Below, piece by piece: positions 62,118-64,000 of a stretch of 64,000 nucleotides of DNA. The notes under the pieces are model-generated. The model worked only from the letters and a program-made list of their open reading frames with translations, did no database searches and was not told the origin of the DNA. Where the stretch lies: positions 558,001-622,000 of the forward strand of contig JBMNHG010000008.1 of assembly GCA_050950285.1 (NCBI GenBank). The letters run 5' to 3'. Source of the DNA: Kiritimatiellia bacterium (GTDB lineage: Bacteria; Verrucomicrobiota; Kiritimatiellia; RFP12; JBMNHG01). Position 1 is the first letter of the stretch; each line of letters opens with the position of its first letter. The position numbers were made by a program, and so were the translations under genes.

Positions 62118-62690
62118 TTATCGTGTGCCCTGGAAGGGGGGCGGGGTTTCCGCGGCGGCCGTTGCGACGCCCCGCCGGGCGAGTACGTTCCAGACGGTCC
62201 GGAAAAGGATCCGGAGGTCGAGCCAGAGGCTGCGGTGATCCACGTACCAGGTGTCGAGGGCGAACTTCTCCTCCCACGAGACGGCGTTCCGTCCGTTCAC
62301 CTGCGCCCATCCGGTGATGCCGGGCCGGACCTCGTGGCGGCGCGCCTGTTCGGGCGAGTAGAGGGGGAGGTAGTCCACGAGCAGGGGGCGGGGGCCCACG
62401 AGCGACATGTCGCCGCGGAGCACGTTGAGCAGCTGGGGGAGTTCATCCAGGCTGGTGTGGCGCAGGGTTCGGCCGAAGGGGGTGATGCGTTCGGCGTCCG
62501 GCGCGTCGCCGGCGAGCATGGTGCGGAACTTGAGGATGGTGAAGACGCGGCCGTGGAGGCCTGCGCGGGGCTGGCGGAAGAGGACAGGTTCCCCCATGCG
62601 CCGGCGCACCGCGAGCGCCACGATGGCGAGCGCCGGGAGCCAGAGCGGGGCGGTCGCGATCACGGTGGCGAGGTCGAAGAAGCGTTTCAT
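62118..62690 (-). CDS. polyprenyl-phosphate sugar phosphotransferase (bacterial sugar transferase)
   Basis: KRFFD, KFRTM, SLDELPQL.NVL.GDMSLVGPRP, PGITGWAQVNGR. Confidence 0.93.
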   Translation of the reverse strand: MKRFFDLATVIATAPLWLPALAIVALAVRRRMGEPVLFRQPRAGLHGRVFTILKFRTMLAGDAPDAERITPFGRTLRHTSLDELPQLLNVLRGDMSLVGPRPLLVDYLPLYSPEQARRHEVRPGITGWAQVNGRNAVSWEEKFALDTWYVDHRSLWLDLRILFRTVWNVLARRGVATAAAETPPPFQGTR

Positions 62691-63283
62691 GGGGGCGGGC
62701 GCCTGACGATGCGGGAGGAGAAGCCGAGCATGCCCTTCGCCGCCGGCTTGCGGGGCGGCTTCGGGGGCGCGCCGCGCGGCGCGCCGCCGGGGAGGCGCGC
62801 CACCGCCGGTTGCGGGGTGCGGCGGCGCGGGTCGAAGGGGAGGGCGTTCCGGATGCGGCGGACTTCGGGCGGGGCATCGGGGGTGCCGGGGTCGGCCACC
62901 ACCTCGACCACGTCGAAGCGGTAGAAGCATTTGGGGAAGCCGGCCTGGCGCAGGTAGGCGGATGCGGCGCGGTTGAGGGCGCGGCGCTTGTCGTGGCGGA
63001 TGGCCGCGGCGGGCCTGCCGAAGGCCTCGCTGCGGCGGCTTTTCACCTCGACGAAGACGATGGAGTCGCCGTCGCGCGCGACGATGTCGATTTCGTCGTG
63101 GCGGTTGGGGCGCACGCGCCGGCCGAGGATGCGGCATCCCTCGCGCTCCAGGAACGCGGCGGCAACGTCCTCCCCCCAGCGTCCGAAGGCGGCGCTGTCG
63201 CCGACGGGCGCAGGTCCTGGGCGTCCGGCGGGGCGGAAGACGCCCGCGACGCGGCGGAGGAAGGTGGAGACGGAATCGAACAT
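62687..63283 (-). CDS. yraN: YraN family nuclease-like protein
   Basis: GRWGEDVAAAFL, EIDIVA, FVEVKSR, RFDVV. Confidence 0.88.
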   Translation of the reverse strand: MFDSVSTFLRRVAGVFRPAGRPGPAPVGDSAAFGRWGEDVAAAFLEREGCRILGRRVRPNRHDEIDIVARDGDSIVFVEVKSRRSEAFGRPAAAIRHDKRRALNRAASAYLRQAGFPKCFYRFDVVEVVADPGTPDAPPEVRRIRNALPFDPRRRTPQPAVARLPGGAPRGAPPKPPRKPAAKGMLGFSSRIVRRPPP

Positions 63284-63301
63284 TCGGTACGCGCCGGCCG
63301 G

Positions 63302-64000
63302 TCAGTCGAAGCCGATCCAGACCACCCAGTGGCGGGTGTCGGTGTATTCGTCGTCTTCTTCGATGGGGATGGCGTAGTCGAAGCGGATGGGGAAGCCGGG
63401 GAGGTCGATGCGGATGCCGACGCCATAGGAGGCGGCGTATTCGCCGAAGTCGGCGTCGAAGGGGTCGGACCAGACGTTGCCGATGTCGAAGAAGCCGACC
63501 AGGCGGAACCACTTGCCCAGGGGGATGCCGTACTCCGCGGAGGCCATCGCGAGGGTCTGGCCGCCGACGGAGCGGTAGTAGCCGGAGTCTTCGAAGCCGG
63601 GTTCGGCGTAGAGGGCCTTGGGGCCCACGCCGCGGTAGTCGAAGCCGCGCAGGGTGCGCCCGCCGCCGAGGTAGAGGCGGTCGGCCACGTGGAGGACGTC
63701 GCCGTCGTCGTAGGTGTCGACGGTTTCGGCGCGCAGTTTCACGCTGAGCACGTGGTCGAACCAGAGGGGGAACCAGTTGTTGAAGGTGATGCCGGTCCTG
63801 TAGAGCTCGTTGTCCGAGCCCAGCCAGGCGTTCCGCGTCTCGAAGAAGATCGAGGTCTGCATGCCGCGGGTGGGGACGAAGGCCCTGTTGCGGGTGTCGA
63901 ACGACCATGCGAGGCGCAGCCTGCCGTTGAGCTGGCGGTCTTCGATGTCCGTGAAGAAGAAGGGCGTGGAGGGGTCTTCGGAGAGCACGTAGGCGCCTTT
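63302..64000 (-). CDS. bamA: outer membrane protein assembly factor BamA, C-terminal part
   Basis: LGGGRTLRGF (L6 loop RGF motif), FFDIGNVW, GVGIRI..PGFPIRFDYA; 5' end outside the window. Confidence 0.88.
   Translation of the reverse strand, partial: KGAYVLSEDPSTPFFFTDIEDRQLNGRLRLAWSFDTRNRAFVPTRGMQTSIFFETRNAWLGSDNELYRTGITFNNWFPLWFDHVLSVKLRAETVDTYDDGDVLHVADRLYLGGGRTLRGFDYRGVGPKALYAEPGFEDSGYYRSVGGQTLAMASAEYGIPLGKWFRLVGFFDIGNVWSDPFDADFGEYAASYGVGIRIDLPGFPIRFDYAIPIEEDDEYTDTRHWVVWIGFD

Overview
High-GC bacterial chromosome segment; gene content and protein style suggest a PVC-superphylum organism such as Kiritimatiellae/Lentisphaerae (inference only). The very GC-rich backbone (1-6.3 kb and 35.6-64 kb) encodes secreted carbohydrate-active proteins, envelope genes (lpxB, GT-C/GT2/GT4 glycosyltransferases, NamZ, sugar transferase, YraN, bamA 3' end), a TPR protein and tRNA-Val(TAC). 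A ~29 kb accessory region (6.3-35.6 kb) is bracketed by a 36-bp imperfect direct repeat. It holds a secreted protein plus a GH71/99-like gene, and an OmpR-type RR-MFS-HK operon and an ArnT/GT2/LAB_N operon that share a PmrA-like promoter box. Between those two operons lies a ~14 kb defence island: orphan hsdM, truncated yhcG, PLD-SNF2 helicase, Eco57I-like MTase, Mrr-N, RhuM, four-helix-bundle and DprA-like genes. A TA pair, an AAA ATPase and a flavoprotein follow. Most striking signals: (i) in-frame palindromes with compensatory changes inside yhcG (a ~39-bp-period array), plus one in rhuM; (ii) a short C-terminal G-T-x-hydrophobic-hydrophobic-L-[R/F] tail on three unrelated secreted proteins, a candidate sorting signal; (iii) a mosaic of duplicated gene ends that makes the defence accessory genes look like pop-out cassettes; (iv) nested REP-like and short tandem-repeat patchworks at module junctions. 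All calls were made by eye from sequence and ORF translations; no searches were run.
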